This document shows positions 35,383-48,447 of a DNA stretch of 64,000 nt, piece after piece (the stretch's first letter is position 1; each line of letters starts with the position of its first letter). Source of the DNA: Macrostomum lignano (taxonomy: Eukaryota). The notes under the pieces are model-generated. The model was given only the letters and a program-made list of their open reading frames with translations. It was not told the DNA's origin and searched no databases. The stretch is from assembly GCA_002269645.1 (NCBI GenBank), contig NIVC01001500.1:213935-277934 (forward strand), given 5' to 3'. The position numbers and the translations under genes are program-made.

Positions 35383-37317
35383 ATGGATTTATCTAATGAA
35401 CGTCAAAGACAAAGATCAATAAAAAGAAAGGCAGATACACTTATTTCTGAGGTGCTTACTGATGAAACCAATAGTCAAAATGAAGTCAATGATAATGCTA
35501 ATATCTCTAAGGAAACTTTGGCTAATACTAATACTACTAGCATTATAGAATTAGATTTATCAACTGACTATTATTATCCAGAGTCAAGTGAAGAAGATGA
35601 AGATGAAGATCCATTATCAAAAAGTATTGGTTTTAATGAGACACTTAAAGAGTGGGCAATCAAATTTAATATAACGCATGCCGCTACTTCAGAATTATTG
35701 CAATTACTTTCAAGTCATATTCCAAACCTGCCTAAGTCAGCAAGGTCCCTTCTAAGCACACCACGAGTTAATAATATTACTATTCTTGGCTCTGGAAAGT
35801 TTGTATATTTTGGCCTTGATGAGATCAAAAAAAAGATACCACAAAATAATAGAATGTTTTCAAAGCTACAAGTGCAAATCAACATTGATGGACTCCCTAT
35901 TTTTAAAAGCTCAAAGCAAGAATTTTGGCCTATTCTTGGTGCAGTTGGTTCTAGTGCACCATTTGTTATTGCAGTGTACTTTGGACCTGGTAAACCTATG
36001 CTTGAAGCATTTTTAACTCAGCTAATTTGTGATTTGAAAGAAATTGAAGACTATGTTAGCTTAATATTCATTTGTGATTCACCAGCTAGAGCTTTTATTA
36101 AAGGTGTTAAGCATCATAGTGGCTATTCATCATGTGATAAATGCACTGCTTCTGGAACTCATGTAGGTCATGTTGTATTTGATGAAATGACTAGTGCACT
36201 TCGTACAGACAAATCATTTCAGGACATGGAAGATGAAGCACATCATAATCAAGCATGTCCTTTATTGGAACTTAAAATTGATATGATAAATAGTTTTCCA
36301 TACGACTATATGCACCTAGTATGTCTAGGTGTAATGCGACGTTTGCTTCTTCAGTGGATGCAAGGAGATCTTCCAAACAGGCTTCCAAGTAGAGTTGTCA
36401 CTCAGATTTCAGATTCTCTACTTTCATTTGTGCCGTATTTTCCAACAGAGTTTGCTCGCAAGCCAAGGTCACTCTCTGAATTAAAGTTTTGGAAGGCTAC
36501 AGAATATCGAACCTTTTTGCTATATTCTGGTATTGTTGCATTGGCTTCCAATCTTCCAACATCATGGTATCAGCATTTTTTGCTACTTCATGTGGCTATT
36601 TCAATACTTTGCAATCCAGCCGTGTCTCTTCAAAGGGCTGATTATGCTTCTGAGTTACTATATTTGTTTGTCAGCTGTTGCAAAGAACTTTTTGGTAAAA
36701 AAATGCTTGTATACAATGTACATAGTCTTTTGCACTTGGCAAATGATGTAAAGTTGCATGGACCACTGGATGGATTCTCTGCCTTTAAGTTTGAGAACTA
36801 TATGCAAACAATTAAGCGTAAGCTAAGAGCTAAACATCTACCACTAGAACAGCTATGCAATCGACTCACGGAAGAAAAGCAAGTGACTTCAAGTGCCAAT
36901 AGTAAAGAAACTAGCAATGACAGCATAAAAGCAAAGTTCAAGTATTTGTTTTCACATTCAGCAGGGCCACTTCCACCTTCATTAACTTCAGAGTATGATC
37001 AGTACAGTGCAGTTCAAACAGACAAATTTCGGTTTTCTACTCATCCTAATGACTGCCATATTATTGACCTAAAGAAGAACTGCTTTCGAATTGTTAATAT
37101 TGTCAATACAACTAAAGGCCCAGTTTTTATTTGCAAAAAGTACTTGAAAGTTCAGTCATTTTTTGAGTATCCAGTTGATTCACAGCATCTGTCAATATTT
37201 AGTGTTTCTGATCTGTCTGATGAGCCTCAATATGTTGTCGACATAGGCCAAATTTCTGCTAAGTGTGTTGGATTGCCTCACATGAGCAGTATTATTTTTA
37301 TTCCTCTACATTCTTAA
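35383..37317 (+). CDS. EnSpm/CACTA-type transposase (644 aa, intact)
   Basis: INIDGLPIFKSS, FICDSPARAFIK, CDKC, FPYDYMHLVCLGV, WKATEYRTFLLY, YNVHSLLHL, SAFKFENYM. Confidence 0.93.
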   Translation: MDLSNERQRQRSIKRKADTLISEVLTDETNSQNEVNDNANISKETLANTNTTSIIELDLSTDYYYPESSEEDEDEDPLSKSIGFNETLKEWAIKFNITHAATSELLQLLSSHIPNLPKSARSLLSTPRVNNITILGSGKFVYFGLDEIKKKIPQNNRMFSKLQVQINIDGLPIFKSSKQEFWPILGAVGSSAPFVIAVYFGPGKPMLEAFLTQLICDLKEIEDYVSLIFICDSPARAFIKGVKHHSGYSSCDKCTASGTHVGHVVFDEMTSALRTDKSFQDMEDEAHHNQACPLLELKIDMINSFPYDYMHLVCLGVMRRLLLQWMQGDLPNRLPSRVVTQISDSLLSFVPYFPTEFARKPRSLSELKFWKATEYRTFLLYSGIVALASNLPTSWYQHFLLLHVAISILCNPAVSLQRADYASELLYLFVSCCKELFGKKMLVYNVHSLLHLANDVKLHGPLDGFSAFKFENYMQTIKRKLRAKHLPLEQLCNRLTEEKQVTSSANSKETSNDSIKAKFKYLFSHSAGPLPPSLTSEYDQYSAVQTDKFRFSTHPNDCHIIDLKKNCFRIVNIVNTTKGPVFICKKYLKVQSFFEYPVDSQHLSIFSVSDLSDEPQYVVDIGQISAKCVGLPHMSSIIFIPLHS

Positions 37318-37331
37318 TGTCATTGCTTCAG

Positions 37332-39712
37332 ATGAACTTCCCAGTTGTCCAATTCTGCAATGATGAGACTGTGGAATATGTAAGTGGAGCATGGATGGTT
37401 GGAAGAACGCAATGTTACTGGCCTAAGCGGAGTGGACGCGAAGTTGTACGCCTGCGTACTAGTCATGCAAGGCCAGAAGATGATTGGGAGCTCCATTCTT
37501 GTCGTCTTTTGTCGGTTGCACTAAATGAGAAGACTGCTCGCCACCGCCTACAAAAGGCTGTTAAAGGCTTTGATGATTTGACAACTGAAGCTGAAGAAGA
37601 TACTGAAGCGCCACCTCCTAAGCGCCAATGTGCTCCGAGTTCGAGCCAACTTGTTGATATTACTGTGGATAGTAACCCTAACCCTACGGAAATCCAACTG
37701 CTGACTAGAGCACCATCAAAAGGCAGAGGATCTAGTAGTGGGGCCACTTTCAGCATGCCAGCTCCACCTGCATTACCTGCGGCGATTGGTCAGTTTTTCT
37801 ATATTGGCATAACAGTATGTGGGGCTATTGCATTAGAAAAGCTTGTTTTTAACTGTAAATATATAGGACAATCACCTTATTGATACCATTATAGCAAACC
37901 TCTCTTCTGGAAATATTGGAGCCAGTCAGTCCAGCCATGCAGACTTTCCTCTGTCAACAAGCTCTCCTAATTTGGCTAGAGAAGCTTCAGGTAAAAAAAA
38001 CTTTTAAAGTCCCATCGCTTTATTTAATTTTTGTAATATTGTTATATAGTCCCATCGCTTTGGTATAATGTATCTTAGGCTGCTCTGATGGCGAGCCAAG
38101 AAGCTTAAAACTATATTTAATCGCCCTGCCTCTTAGCACGTAGGCGGTGGTCAGGGCCATAGACATGGATATACTAATAAGAGTCCATCCACATCAAATA
38201 TTAGCTTTTTCTTCAACACTTTCTGTAACATTTAGGTCAGCAGCGCGAAGACCGGCTGCTCCAAGGCAATCAGCGCGAAGACCGGCTGCTCCAAGGCAAC
38301 CAGTTCGAAGACGAAGACCGGCTGCTCCAAGGCAATCAGTTCGAAGACGAAGACCGGCTGCTCCAAGGCAATCAGCGCGAAGACCGGCTGCTCCAAGGCA
38401 ATCAGCGCGAAGACCGGCTGCTCCAAGGCAATCAGCGCGAAGACCGGCTGCTCCAAGGCAATCAGCGCGAAGACCGGCTGCTCCAAGGCAATCAGCGCGA
38501 AGACCGGCTGCTCCAAGGCAATCAGCGCGAAGACCGGCTGCTCCAAGGCAACCAGTTCGAAGACGAAGACCGGCTGCTCCAAGGCAATCAGTTCGAAGAC
38601 GAAGACCGGCTGCTCCAAGGCAATCAGCGCGAAGACCGGCTGCTCCAAGGCAATCAGCGCGAAGACCGGCTGCTCCAAGGCAATCAGCGCGAATGCCGGC
38701 TGCTCCAAGGCAATCAGCGCGAAGACCGGCTGCTCCAAGGCAATCGGCGCGAAGACCGGCTGCTCCAAGGCAATCAGCGCGAAGACCGGCTGCTCCAAGG
38801 CAATCAGCGCGAAGACCGGCTGCTCCAAGGCAATCAGCGCGAAGACCGGCTGCTCCAAGGCAATCGGCGCGAAGACCGGCTGCTCCAAGGCAATCAGCGC
38901 GAAGACCGGCTGCTCCAAGGCAATCAGCGCGAAGACCGGCTGCTCCAAGGCAATCGATGCTCCTATCAGCGCCAGCTGGATGAGCGGCAGCAGCGTAGCT
39001 CTTCAGTTGGTGGGCAGCAAGCTGAACTTCAGCCGCCATCATTGTCATGTAAGTAGCCCAGAATATTTTTTCATCAATTAATGTAACCGCATTTTTTGTA
39101 TAATATACACTACTTTTTCTAAGAAAATATTTCTCTTAAATAGCCTTTGAAAGGGTTGTGCTACGCGAACTGGCTGCCATAAGACAACAAGTGGAAGAAA
39201 ATGGCCGACACATCGCTGCCATTTCTTCACGTCGAGGCGTTAACCTTCGTCTGCCTGTCGATTTACCTTGTACAACAGTTCCTGACGCCAACACGTTGTG
39301 TGATTTTTTGGAAATCGAAGGCAACATGGAAAACTTGGTAAGAACCGTGGTTACTGAGCCATGTAGTCTTTTGTATTAATTTTTATTTGAAGCGATATCT
39401 CGAAGTAATATCGTCACTTTGGAATTATATATTATATTGTCAAACTTTCTATGGCTATTTCAGAAGCGACAACTATCCACTGCTGGTGGTCGGTGCACCA
39501 AGGACGTGGCGAGACGCATCCTAAAGAAATTGATGACCGCCTCTCTCATGGAACTCTACAGCTTCGCCGGACGAAAGGGCAAGCTGGCTTTTAAAACAAC
39601 GAAGTTGTGGGAAACTGTTTTGGGAGCTTGCCTTTTAAGTACTAAATGCACTGACGCAGAAGTTGAAAACTGTGTCAAGGATATTTTAAAGCATGCAAAG
39701 GATAGCAAGTAA
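37332..39712 (+). CDS. Second EnSpm gene, DUF4806-type (5 exons: 37332-37788, 37895-37990, 38236-39048, 39144-39337, 39464-39712)
   Basis: All GT-AG sites with consistent phases 1,1,1,0. N-terminus has FPVVQF...W...CYWP; C-terminus has GG...RRILKKLMT...YSFAGRKGKLAFKTTKL. Confidence 0.82.
38240..38955 (+). repeat. 30-bp tandem repeat (CAGCGCGAAGACCGGCTGCTCCAAGGCAAT), about 23 units, inside exon 3 of the DUF4806 gene
   Basis: Direct reading; splice phases select the QREDRLLQGN frame. Confidence 0.95.
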
Positions 39713-40728
39713 TTTTTTGTTTCTGTTACTTATGCTACAGGTGGAACAAAAGTTTTTGCATCTTGCCAGGCTCCATGCTTCGACTGCGCTTTTCTTAGCC
39801 TCGTTAAGTGTCAAATTATGGAACAGCTATTTTTTGCAGAGTTATAGCTCAACGACAATACTTTTGTTCCGCCCGAAGTAGGAATTAAGAATTCCGGTAG
39901 CTGCCGCTTTTTTTTAAATTTTCTCTTTAAGATTGTCTTAAGTCTTCTTAAATACACATTAGTATACAGTGAGTACACTAGTAGTACTCAGTTAGTATAC
40001 GAAATGATGAAATGAATACGAATTTTATTAAATTTTATAAAAGTTTATCTCACTTTAAATCTAATACAATGTATAACTTTTATGTTAAAATTTTAATAAT
40101 TTTATATCATTTTTTGTTTTAACTTTTAAACATTATGCTACTCTTGACAATACTGTATTGTTCTCATTGTTAATGTTTATTTTCTGTTCAAAGTTTAGTG
40201 TATCCTTCAACTATTCTTAAAGTTTAAACCAGTGTAGTAAATGCGTCTTGTTGAAATTTTTCAAATTTAGTTTGGCGAAATTCAATACAGTTAATTTAAA
40301 TTCAAAATATCCCATCTTTCTATTATCCCACCCATCTTTCAATAAGTAACTTGTGTGTACGAGTACTTAACTAAACTAAATAAATGTAAATTAAAGGCTT
40401 CTTCAACATAATTTAAATCAACTGCATTTTATACAATGTTTCAACAAAAATAGCACCAACCCATGACTCTATAATTGTTTTGTTGACTAAGAAATGCGAT
40501 GAATTTGAAATCAAATTTAATAATGCAGGCAGTATTGCAGCATTCCTATTTTGAAAATCTATATATTCCAAAAATTTTGAACGTCTAAAATAAGTCGACC
40601 TAAGGTCGAAAACCGACGTCGGCAGCAGACGTTATTTCGACGTTCGCCCAACCGACAAATCTGACCGTCGATCGACGTTGGTTTCCGACGTTGTGCCGAC
40701 GTTCACTAGACGTAAGTGGTTGTCTGGG

Positions 40729-43230
40729 AGGCAGTGTCCCAGCAGGGCCTGGCGGCGCCGGCGGAGGGTGGCGCTAAGGGACGGCGATTTTGTTCTCGCC
40801 ATCAGCTGGGCCGTCGGGGAGGACGGCCGGGTAGCGCACGCCCAGCGCCTTGCGCAGCAGGTTGCGGTGCATCGCGTCCAGGGCCCGTTCGTGCGTGGTT
40901 GTCATTGGGACAGCCTTCCATGCCGTAGAGAAGGATCGGCTCTACAACAGCGCGAAACAGGTACATGTAAATCTTCAGGTCGTCCCGCGCTCCGGAGGTG
41001 AAGATCGGCCTGAGGTGGTGCATGGCGCGCCAGGCCTGGGTCCTCCTGTCCGTGATGATCACCTCTGGGCTCATCACGAGGGTGCCTATGTAGCGGAAGT
41101 CGCTGCACGTTGAGATGGCCTCGCCGTTGGGCAGGGTCAGCGGTGGGGCATTGTCAGCACCCACGTGCAGCACCTCCGTCTTGCCTGCGTTAATCTGCAG
41201 GCCGATCCGAGCGCCTTCCTCGGAGAGTCGAGTAAGAGCGTGCTGGGCTGCTACAGGGTCTCGGCACAGCAGCGCGATGTCATCAGCGTATGCGAGGGCT
41301 GGGAGCGTCACGGCAGTGTGGCGGGAGCTACGCTGAGGCGCGAGGACAAAGCTGTCGTTGTCTCGAAGGCAGCGGCGCAGGATGTAGCCAACAGCCAGAA
41401 TGAAAAGCAGGGGATAGCGTGTCCCCTTGCAGCACCCCAAAAGTGGTATCAAACTCGTCCGTAGGGCCATCGCTGGAGTCAACAAACGCCTTGGAGTTGT
41501 GGTACAGGTCCATAACTGCCGTCACCAGGGTGTCGTTGACGCCGTACTGAGCCAGGAGCCAGGCTAAAGCCGTCCTGCTGACAGAGTCGAAGGCCTTCCG
41601 GAAGTCAACGAAGACGATAGACACGGCTCGAAGACGAGTCTTGCAGGTTTCGACAATGCACCGAATGGCCACAATCTGCTCCGTGGTGGATCTGCCTGGC
41701 CTGAAGCCGCTTTGGAGCTCGAGCAGCAGCGATCGTTCAGGACAGGAAGGAGCCGATTGCGCAACACTGCGTTCAGCAGCTTCGGCAGCGTGCACTCCAG
41801 TGCGATGCCGCGTTGCTTGTCAAGGCTCGTGGAGGCGCCCTTCTTCGGGATGGAGACGATTCTTGAAGTACGCCAGAGGGGGCGGCCGTAGCAGCTCGGT
41901 CACCGCCGAGACAGCAGTACTTGTTCAGGAGGCTAACGTCCGCGGCGATGATCGGGCCGGTGTATAGAAGTCGCCATGCTGGGCTGGGGTGAAGCCGGCG
42001 GCGGGGAGAAGGGGAGACGTCGGGGAGGGGGAATTTAAAACTTGCCGGTAGTGGTCGACAAGCAGGCTCTTTCTTTGCTCGATGTACTCAGCGCCAACTA
42101 CTGTGGTCGGACGAGGTCTTCGTCCTGGTTGATCGCTCGCCAGGCAGCGGTTGTGCCGGCAGTTTTCGGTGGCGGCCTGGATCTCTTGGACCACCTCCTC
42201 AAACACTTCAGTGCGTTGGGCGTACATCACCTGCAGGTTGTCTCTGGCGAGTCTAGCCTGGTCGCTGTCCTCGCCGTACATACATGCGCAACAGTCGGCC
42301 GAGTCGGCCGATCCGGCCGACCGATTTGGCGGCCAATCAAGGAAGTCGCAAAAATGCCCACCCAAAAAATAACCCGAGTAGTAGTACTAAGTAGCTGACG
42401 AGGCATTTTAGCTTAATAAAACAGTCATAGTTACTCCTGCCGTTTACCCAAAGTTGCGTTAATTTTGCTTTCGGGTTTTTTTTATATGTAAGTCGCATTT
42501 TTGGCCAAAAACTACGTCGCATTTTTGTTAAAACTAAGTCGCACGGCTGACCGAATTTTGGAGGTTGCACATGTATGTCGCCGTAACGCGCAGCGGCGCT
42601 CTGTGCAGAGCGCCTGGCAGTGGCGATCACGGGGTCGCAGTCCCAAATTGCCCTTGGCTGGTGTCCTATTTGTCTAGGCAGAACTGACGCTGCCCACCCG
42701 ACGGCACTCGCAAAGGCCTCAGCTGTCTCTGTGATTGCGGGACTCGCGTTGGAGAGCTCGGTCAGGTAGGCAGTGCGAGTCCCTGGGTTCCTCAGGTCTG
42801 CCCAGAGAGGCTTCGGCGGAGGGCGTCTGAATCTCGTCCAGGAAAGGTTCAGTTCGCAAGCAACCAAGCTGTGGTCGGAAGCGACGCATCTGGGGCGGAC
42901 GTTGATCACTCTGCACACCCTAGAACGCATTGGGAAAGGGCAGAGAATCCATTCCAGCCTTGTCGTTCTGCCGTTTGGGCCGAAGAAAGTGGGAAGCTTC
43001 GCGAGCCGCTGCCGTAAAGAGCCATTCACTCCGACGAAGTTCCTAGACTGGATGAAGGTCTCCAGAAGGCGGATTTGGCGTTGGGCACGCCACAGTTGTT
43101 CCATCGGGGGGCAGGGGCGCATTGAAGTCTCCAGCCACAAACATAAGGTCGCGAGCCGGGATTGAGTCCAGGAGGTGGCCAAGCCTGTCGTACAGGTCTT
43201 CAGTCTCGGCGGGGTTCTCGCTGGTCCTGG
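40729..43230 (-). pseudogene. RTE-like LINE ORF2 (APE endonuclease plus RT), frameshifted and 5'-truncated
   Basis: ASDHSLV (APE), QSGFRPGRSTTEQI, FVDFRKAFDSV, GVLQGDTLSP, LAYADDIALL. Confidence 0.92.
42279..42577. mobile_element. P-like MITE (299 bp) inserted in the LINE
   Basis: CATACATG(C/T)GCAAC termini; perfect 8-bp TSD TCGCCGTA. Confidence 0.9.
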
Positions 43231-43403
43231 GGGGGGGGGCATTTTTAATGTAGCACTTAGAAACTTCAAATTTAGAGTTAGACTCTCAGTGGGACCCTTC
43301 TCAATGATTTTTATTAATCTTTAGATTTTATCATATTAGACAGTGAAATGATACATCTAAGAACAACTAAAACAACGTATAGCTATAAAGAATATACATG
43401 TAA

Positions 43404-44000
43404 AGACACTTGAAATATATGGAAAGTGTTCAAATGAAGGCCACTTTTCGCCGAAAAATACACTTCAGATATAGGAGGTTTTCAGTTTTTAGCACAAAAT
43501 TGTTATTGCTTTCGATAGGAGGCAAACCCAATGTTCATCTTATAATATGTTAGTGGCCTTTAGACTGTAGCTCGATCTATTGATACATGTATTTATAAAG
43601 TTTTTGGTCAGAAAATTAGGATTCTATGTTAATTTTTTATCCTACTATCTATTTTGCCATTATTAGCTGACTGTGTTAACAATATGTGTGACAAGAATTG
43701 ATTCATAAAACCAAAGATTCGAGCTGTGCCATGCATTTTTGTATTTTTTAGGTACAGGAAATGTACATGTACGTAGAATAAAAAACTCAACTTGGAGTTC
43801 TTATTATCTGACTGAAAAGCTTTATGAATATCAATAGAGCTATAAGAAAGGCAAAACATAGCAAAATATGAAAATTGGGTTTGCCTTCCTGTCGAGAGCA
43901 ATAACAATTTTTGTGCTGAAAAATTTAAGCTTCCAAACCCCGTAGTGTATTTTTCGGTGAAAAGTGGCCTTTAAAACATTTTCCATAGATTTTGAGTGTT
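43404..44000. mobile_element. MITE with about 150-bp imperfect TIRs
   Basis: AAGGCCACTTTTCGCCGAAAAATACACT mirrors AGTGTATTTTTCGGTGAAAAGTGGCCTT; homology extends on both sides. Confidence 0.75.
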
Positions 44001-44299
44001 GCTTCTTTCTACTTAAGTAGTTCTTGGTTGTTGGTTGTACGAGCCTGTACGTGTCAAATGACAGAGACAGAGTATAATGTGAGAGAAAGATGGAAACATT
44101 TCATGTCCAGAAGTGCAGTCAGTCCTCAAGTTTTTTTTCAAATAGTAATTAATCATAGAGTCAAAAGCTGAACAATAATTAAGCCTGACTGTTAAGACTG
44201 TTTTCACCTGACAGTCGCTTGGGACATGTGTAATTTAAGTTAATCCGTATACGTTATACAGAGATTTACGTGTAAGAAACAGTGCAGAAATATACAAGT

Positions 44300-46400
44300 T
44301 TGCGCATTGACTTAGCTGCAGGGGAGCATTGACCAGCGGATTCACAGAGGCGGAGGAGACCGCCCATGATTTCCGCAAGCTCCAGAGAAAGGGCACTGAG
44401 GAAGGCATTCATGTCTTTAAAGCGAGTAGAGGGTGGAGCGTTCATAGTCATGCGGCAAGCTCGGTCTTGGACTCTATATATAGACTCATTTTAGAGCATC
44501 GAGGTTATTCTTGCCGCTCAGGCCGATAGTCCACACGCGGAAGCGCTTTAGCTCTACCGAGAGCAGGCGCCAAAGCACCAGTCCTTCAAGGAATAGTGGT
44601 GATCGCAACATCCAGGGAGGAGGCGAGAGATCTTCGCGTCTTAGCAGTCATGAGAGAGGTATAATTGGGGGGTCAAGATCCTGAAGGCCGTAGCTTAGCT
44701 TCGAACCAAAAGACGGCCCAATCGTCATTCCTGACGTTCCGGCTCTAAATGACGTACCTTTGACCTCTTGCCTCAGCTGGCTGATTTTGGCGGTGCGGAT
44801 CGCTTCAGCTGTTCGCTGGAACAGGCCGCGTCGTCTGGTGCTGCGCGCTTGGCGTCGGTCCTCTCCGCCCTCAGCAGCGCGCTCAGACTGCCGGGTGAGG
44901 CGGCTCGGCCGGCAGCAGAATACGAAGCTTTAGTATTCAGGCGGCTGACAGTCCAAGGATGGTTGTGAAGCCGGTGCCGTCTGTCATACATCACTAGGCG
45001 GCCCGCGGCAGGGAGCTCTCGGTTGACTGCAAGCAGTCCTTTCCAGAGCTAGTCAGCAGAGGTAGCGACGCTCCTGGCCGGAACCCAGATTTTATGCATG
45101 TTAGTTTGGGGGCGCTCATCCTCTCTGCAGAAGGCTAAGTTGAGGTCCCAGCTCTGCTCGAGCAGCAGCTCAAGGAACCGCCAGAACGAGTCAACATAAC
45201 CGGGTCAAATAAGAATTCGCGAGTCCCTCTTCGCAGTTCGAGTGAGTGTTCAAAGGCGTGCCTTCAGAGTGAGCTTCTACATAGAGGCCATCAACAGTGC
45301 GGCTCGCCTGCTTCAGCTGATCGAAGGACAGGCGCGCGTCCTTTCACATGATGACAACCGCTGGTTGATTCTTTGCCGCCTCAGCGTAGGAGGCCCGGGG
45401 TTTAGTGTGGAGCCTTCATCGGGTGGGCTGTCCAACCCTCCTGGCTGCATCAGCTTCCCTATTGATGGGCAGCTCCAGGTGTGTTACTCAGCTGCCTCTT
45501 GGTAGCTGGAGTGGCGGGTGTCTTCTTGGAGAGTTTGCTCCACGGGTCTCGCCGGGACATCCCCGATGGTAACGGATGTGCTAAGTTGTGCAATCGTGCC
45601 CTCTTTTCGCTCTCGCGCCCAGCCCCAACCCTCCCTCGGTCCAGTTTTCTCAATCAGCGCGAACGTTGATCACGGCATCTTGCACCTATAGTGGGTTAGC
45701 CGCCATCCACCCTTTTGGTCTTATCGTTGGCTACCTTCAAAACAAAACTTGTCTACCATAGCAAGTGCACGGCGAACTTGCATCGGCTATGGTGTGAAAG
45801 TCGTGAGTTACTGTTCTTTTCCTGCTTCTCTTAGGTCGCGGGACGGGACCTCCGACTGGGGACCTGGGGGTTACAGCTTCCCAACTGGTTAGTCTGTAGG
45901 CGTCGCTCCGGAGGAAGGGGCTCACAAAAGTTGGTATGGAGTCCACAGTTCCGGTCGAGGCCTGAAGCACTGCATGTCATTCGCTGCCGGCAAATTACGC
46001 TTGTACTTCGGCTATTTTCTGAAATTAAAAGGTGGGACTTCCTGCAGAACACAGGCAAAGAGCCGCATTAAGGCCGCAACCCCAAACCAAGCGGCAGGTC
46101 TCGCAAAAAAGAAAATGCCACGCTGCAGGGGGGAGGACCCAAAAGCCCAGGGGAACCGTTAGCAACCAGACTACTCCCTGGCCAAGCGTCCATCAGCACG
46201 GAGTTGCACTGGGACCTAAGAGGGTTGAGTTTATCGTCACCGGGACCTCGGCGCCAACGAATCAACTCAGCAAGACCCAAGAGGCCTGCCTTAGCACCCG
46301 CGGGACGAGTACTCTTCGAGTGCGCTTTGCAAGGTGAAAACAAATTGAGCTATCATCCCACCAGAGGAGGCAGGTATAAGCGTCACTGGCTAAGAAAGAG
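44300..46400 (-). pseudogene. Degenerate GC-rich coding-like segment, possibly a non-LTR retrotransposon ORF1
   Basis: Minus-strand SYAEAAKNQPAVVIM near 45390 resembles LINE ORF1 motifs; many stops; no decisive domain. Confidence 0.3.
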
Positions 46401-46902
46401 GCCAAACTAGGCTGCTGCACAGATGGTTCTCCACGCCTTTCTGTGTAGTACCCGGGGTACTGAGGGCAACAGCCTCAAAACTGGCATGTTTAATGTCGAA
46501 AGATCCGTTCATAGTTCTTTTTTAAAAATTCCTTTCCTTTTTGCCTCCCCATGCAACGTGGGGCAAAATTGTAAGTATATTACTGAAACTTCAAGTGAGT
46601 GAAAACATCAGACCGATTGCAATAGCTAATTGCGGAGAAAAAAGTATTGAAATTTAACTCGACTCGATATTGCTCAAAAACTCAAGAATAAAAGTTCTCT
46701 GGAATGCGCTTTCAAAGGAATGCGCCACGTGGCGCAGCCGAGCGATCCCGGAACCTCAGCATAAAATGGTTCAGCAAATGCTCAAAACAGCCAACCACAG
46801 TCAGGCCCGAGCTGTTCAACATTCTCTCTGCAGACATTCAGCATGCGGCTTCTTCTGTTCGTTTCGGTCTTCATTCTGGCAGCTCCCGGCACCTCCGGGG
46901 CT

Positions 46903-47016
46903 GAGCTGGGTGAGTTTGAGATGCGCCTCACCTGAGCTGGGTGAGTTTGAGATGCGCCTCACCTGAGCTGGGTGAGTTTGAGATGCGCCTCACCTGAGCT
47001 GGGTGAGTTGGAGATG
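46903..47016. repeat. 31-bp tandem repeat, about 3.6 units (GAGCTGGGTGAGTTTGAGATGCGCCTCACCT)
   Basis: Direct reading; each unit has an internal GGTGAG/CTCACC stem. Confidence 0.9.
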
Positions 47017-47994
47017 CACATGAGTTTCAGCTATTTAGATAGCTACATGTTAAAATGGTAAGCTCAACCGGCCTCTCAGACAGAAAGTCGATTTAACCAA
47101 GTCTTGAGCACTTAACTGAAGTTGCCATTTCTTATCTGCCGCAGTGTATTGGAGTATTTAAGGGATGTCAAGCATAGGGGATGCTGTACCCTAACCTAAG
47201 TTTTCATAATTTTGAATTCTGAAGCAACATTGAGTTGATACTACCAGTGCAGAGAAGTTTTCATATATCAACTGCTGGCGAATTTAGGTGGGTCTAGTAA
47301 GGTAACCAAGCATCAGCCGGTTGTTGAAGCTTGAGAAACTTGCAAATATTTCTTAACTCGTTTCACAAAGCAAACCCTAATTGTCGACTAAAGAAGAGTA
47401 GATAAGCGAATTTGCGCGAGTAACATTCCAGTGAATTCCAATATTTGTGGTTGCAGTCGAATGCGCTTGCATTTCCGTTGGCTTGATTGCTCAGTCCATC
47501 GAGCAGCTGCGCACCGCAGTCCCCAAGGGTCACTGATTGCCCGCCCCGTCTCAAAGAGAGAGTAAGGGTTAGGGTTAGGCTTTGCCTTATTGAGAGATGA
47601 TGACATGCCAAGGCTCAGGTGGGATGCTGGTATCTTAGGCTTGACACCTTGCTGGCTTTCAAGGCGAAAGCTTTTTTGCTATAAACGTATTTTTAAGAAT
47701 CTCTCTACGATACGAGCAAAATGACTCTACGAGACGCTTTACGTGTATTTTTTATTTGAAACTTTTATTCCTTTCTTCGTCATCTCCCAACACTCGCAAA
47801 GAGGCAAAAATATACCCAAAACCACTACAGAACGACAGAAGCAACAGAATAAAAGCAAACTACCAATACGCCGTCAAGATATACATGACTCAGTTGCAGG
47901 GGCAGTGGCGGATCTAGAGTTTCATTTCAGTATTGAGTTGTCCCTGCTCCAAAGTTGTAGTTCCCTTTTTGTCTTCCAACGAGGGGAAAGATTT

Positions 47995-48195
47995 AGTGTA
48001 TAGCCAATACAACAACATGAGCAGCTAGCTGGAAAGACAGCAGAAAAGTGTATAGCCAATACAACAACATGAGCAGCTAGCTGGAAAGACAGCAGAAATG
48101 TGTATAGCCAATACAACAACATGAGCAGCTGGAAAGACAGCAGAAAAGTGGGTGGCCAAAACAACAACATGAGCAGCTGGAAAGACAGCAGAAAC
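47995..48195. repeat. About 48-52-bp tandem repeat, about 4 units
   Basis: GTGTATAGCCAATACAACAACATGAGCAGCT(AGCT)GGAAAGACAGCAGAAA repeated. Confidence 0.9.
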
Positions 48196-48435
48196 AACAA
48201 AACGATTGTGGCCGTCAGTTGAAGGTGTATTTCCTGAATAGAGTATGCATATATCAATAAAGAATGAGCCTCATACCATCGTATACACCTAAAAGTAACG
48301 CAAAGATCAACAATATATGTTTCTGCGGTTTCTTCGACTAGCTGTTGGCTTTTTGCCTCAAATTGACATGTATGAAAAATTCTGATGTATTGTAGTTTTT
48401 ATTAATTGTCTGTAAATTTCTGTTTCTTCTTGCAG

Positions 48436-48447
48436 AGCACCCGAAAT
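48436..48447 (+). CDS. Candidate 12-nt microexon upstream of the WSC exon
   Basis: TTTCTTCTTGCAG|AGCACCCGAAAT|GTAAGT; phase 1-1 gives xHPKF joined to KLQGCY. Confidence 0.5.

Larger units (their letters stand above)
34252..40728 (+). mobile_element. Full-length animal EnSpm/CACTA (CMC) transposon
   Basis: CCC...GGG termini with imperfect TIR, GACGT subterminal repeats, 2-bp TSD AG, transposase plus DUF4806 gene. Confidence 0.9.

Noticed and set aside
38147-39048. SARRPAAPRQ, CLGAAGLRAD and IALEQPVFAL ORFs
   Set aside because: Alternative frames of the 30-bp repeat; splice phases support only the QREDRLLQGN frame.
47363-47611. Possible minus-strand host exon (LGDCGAQLL...DCNHKYW)
   Set aside because: No recognisable family and no clear splice pair.
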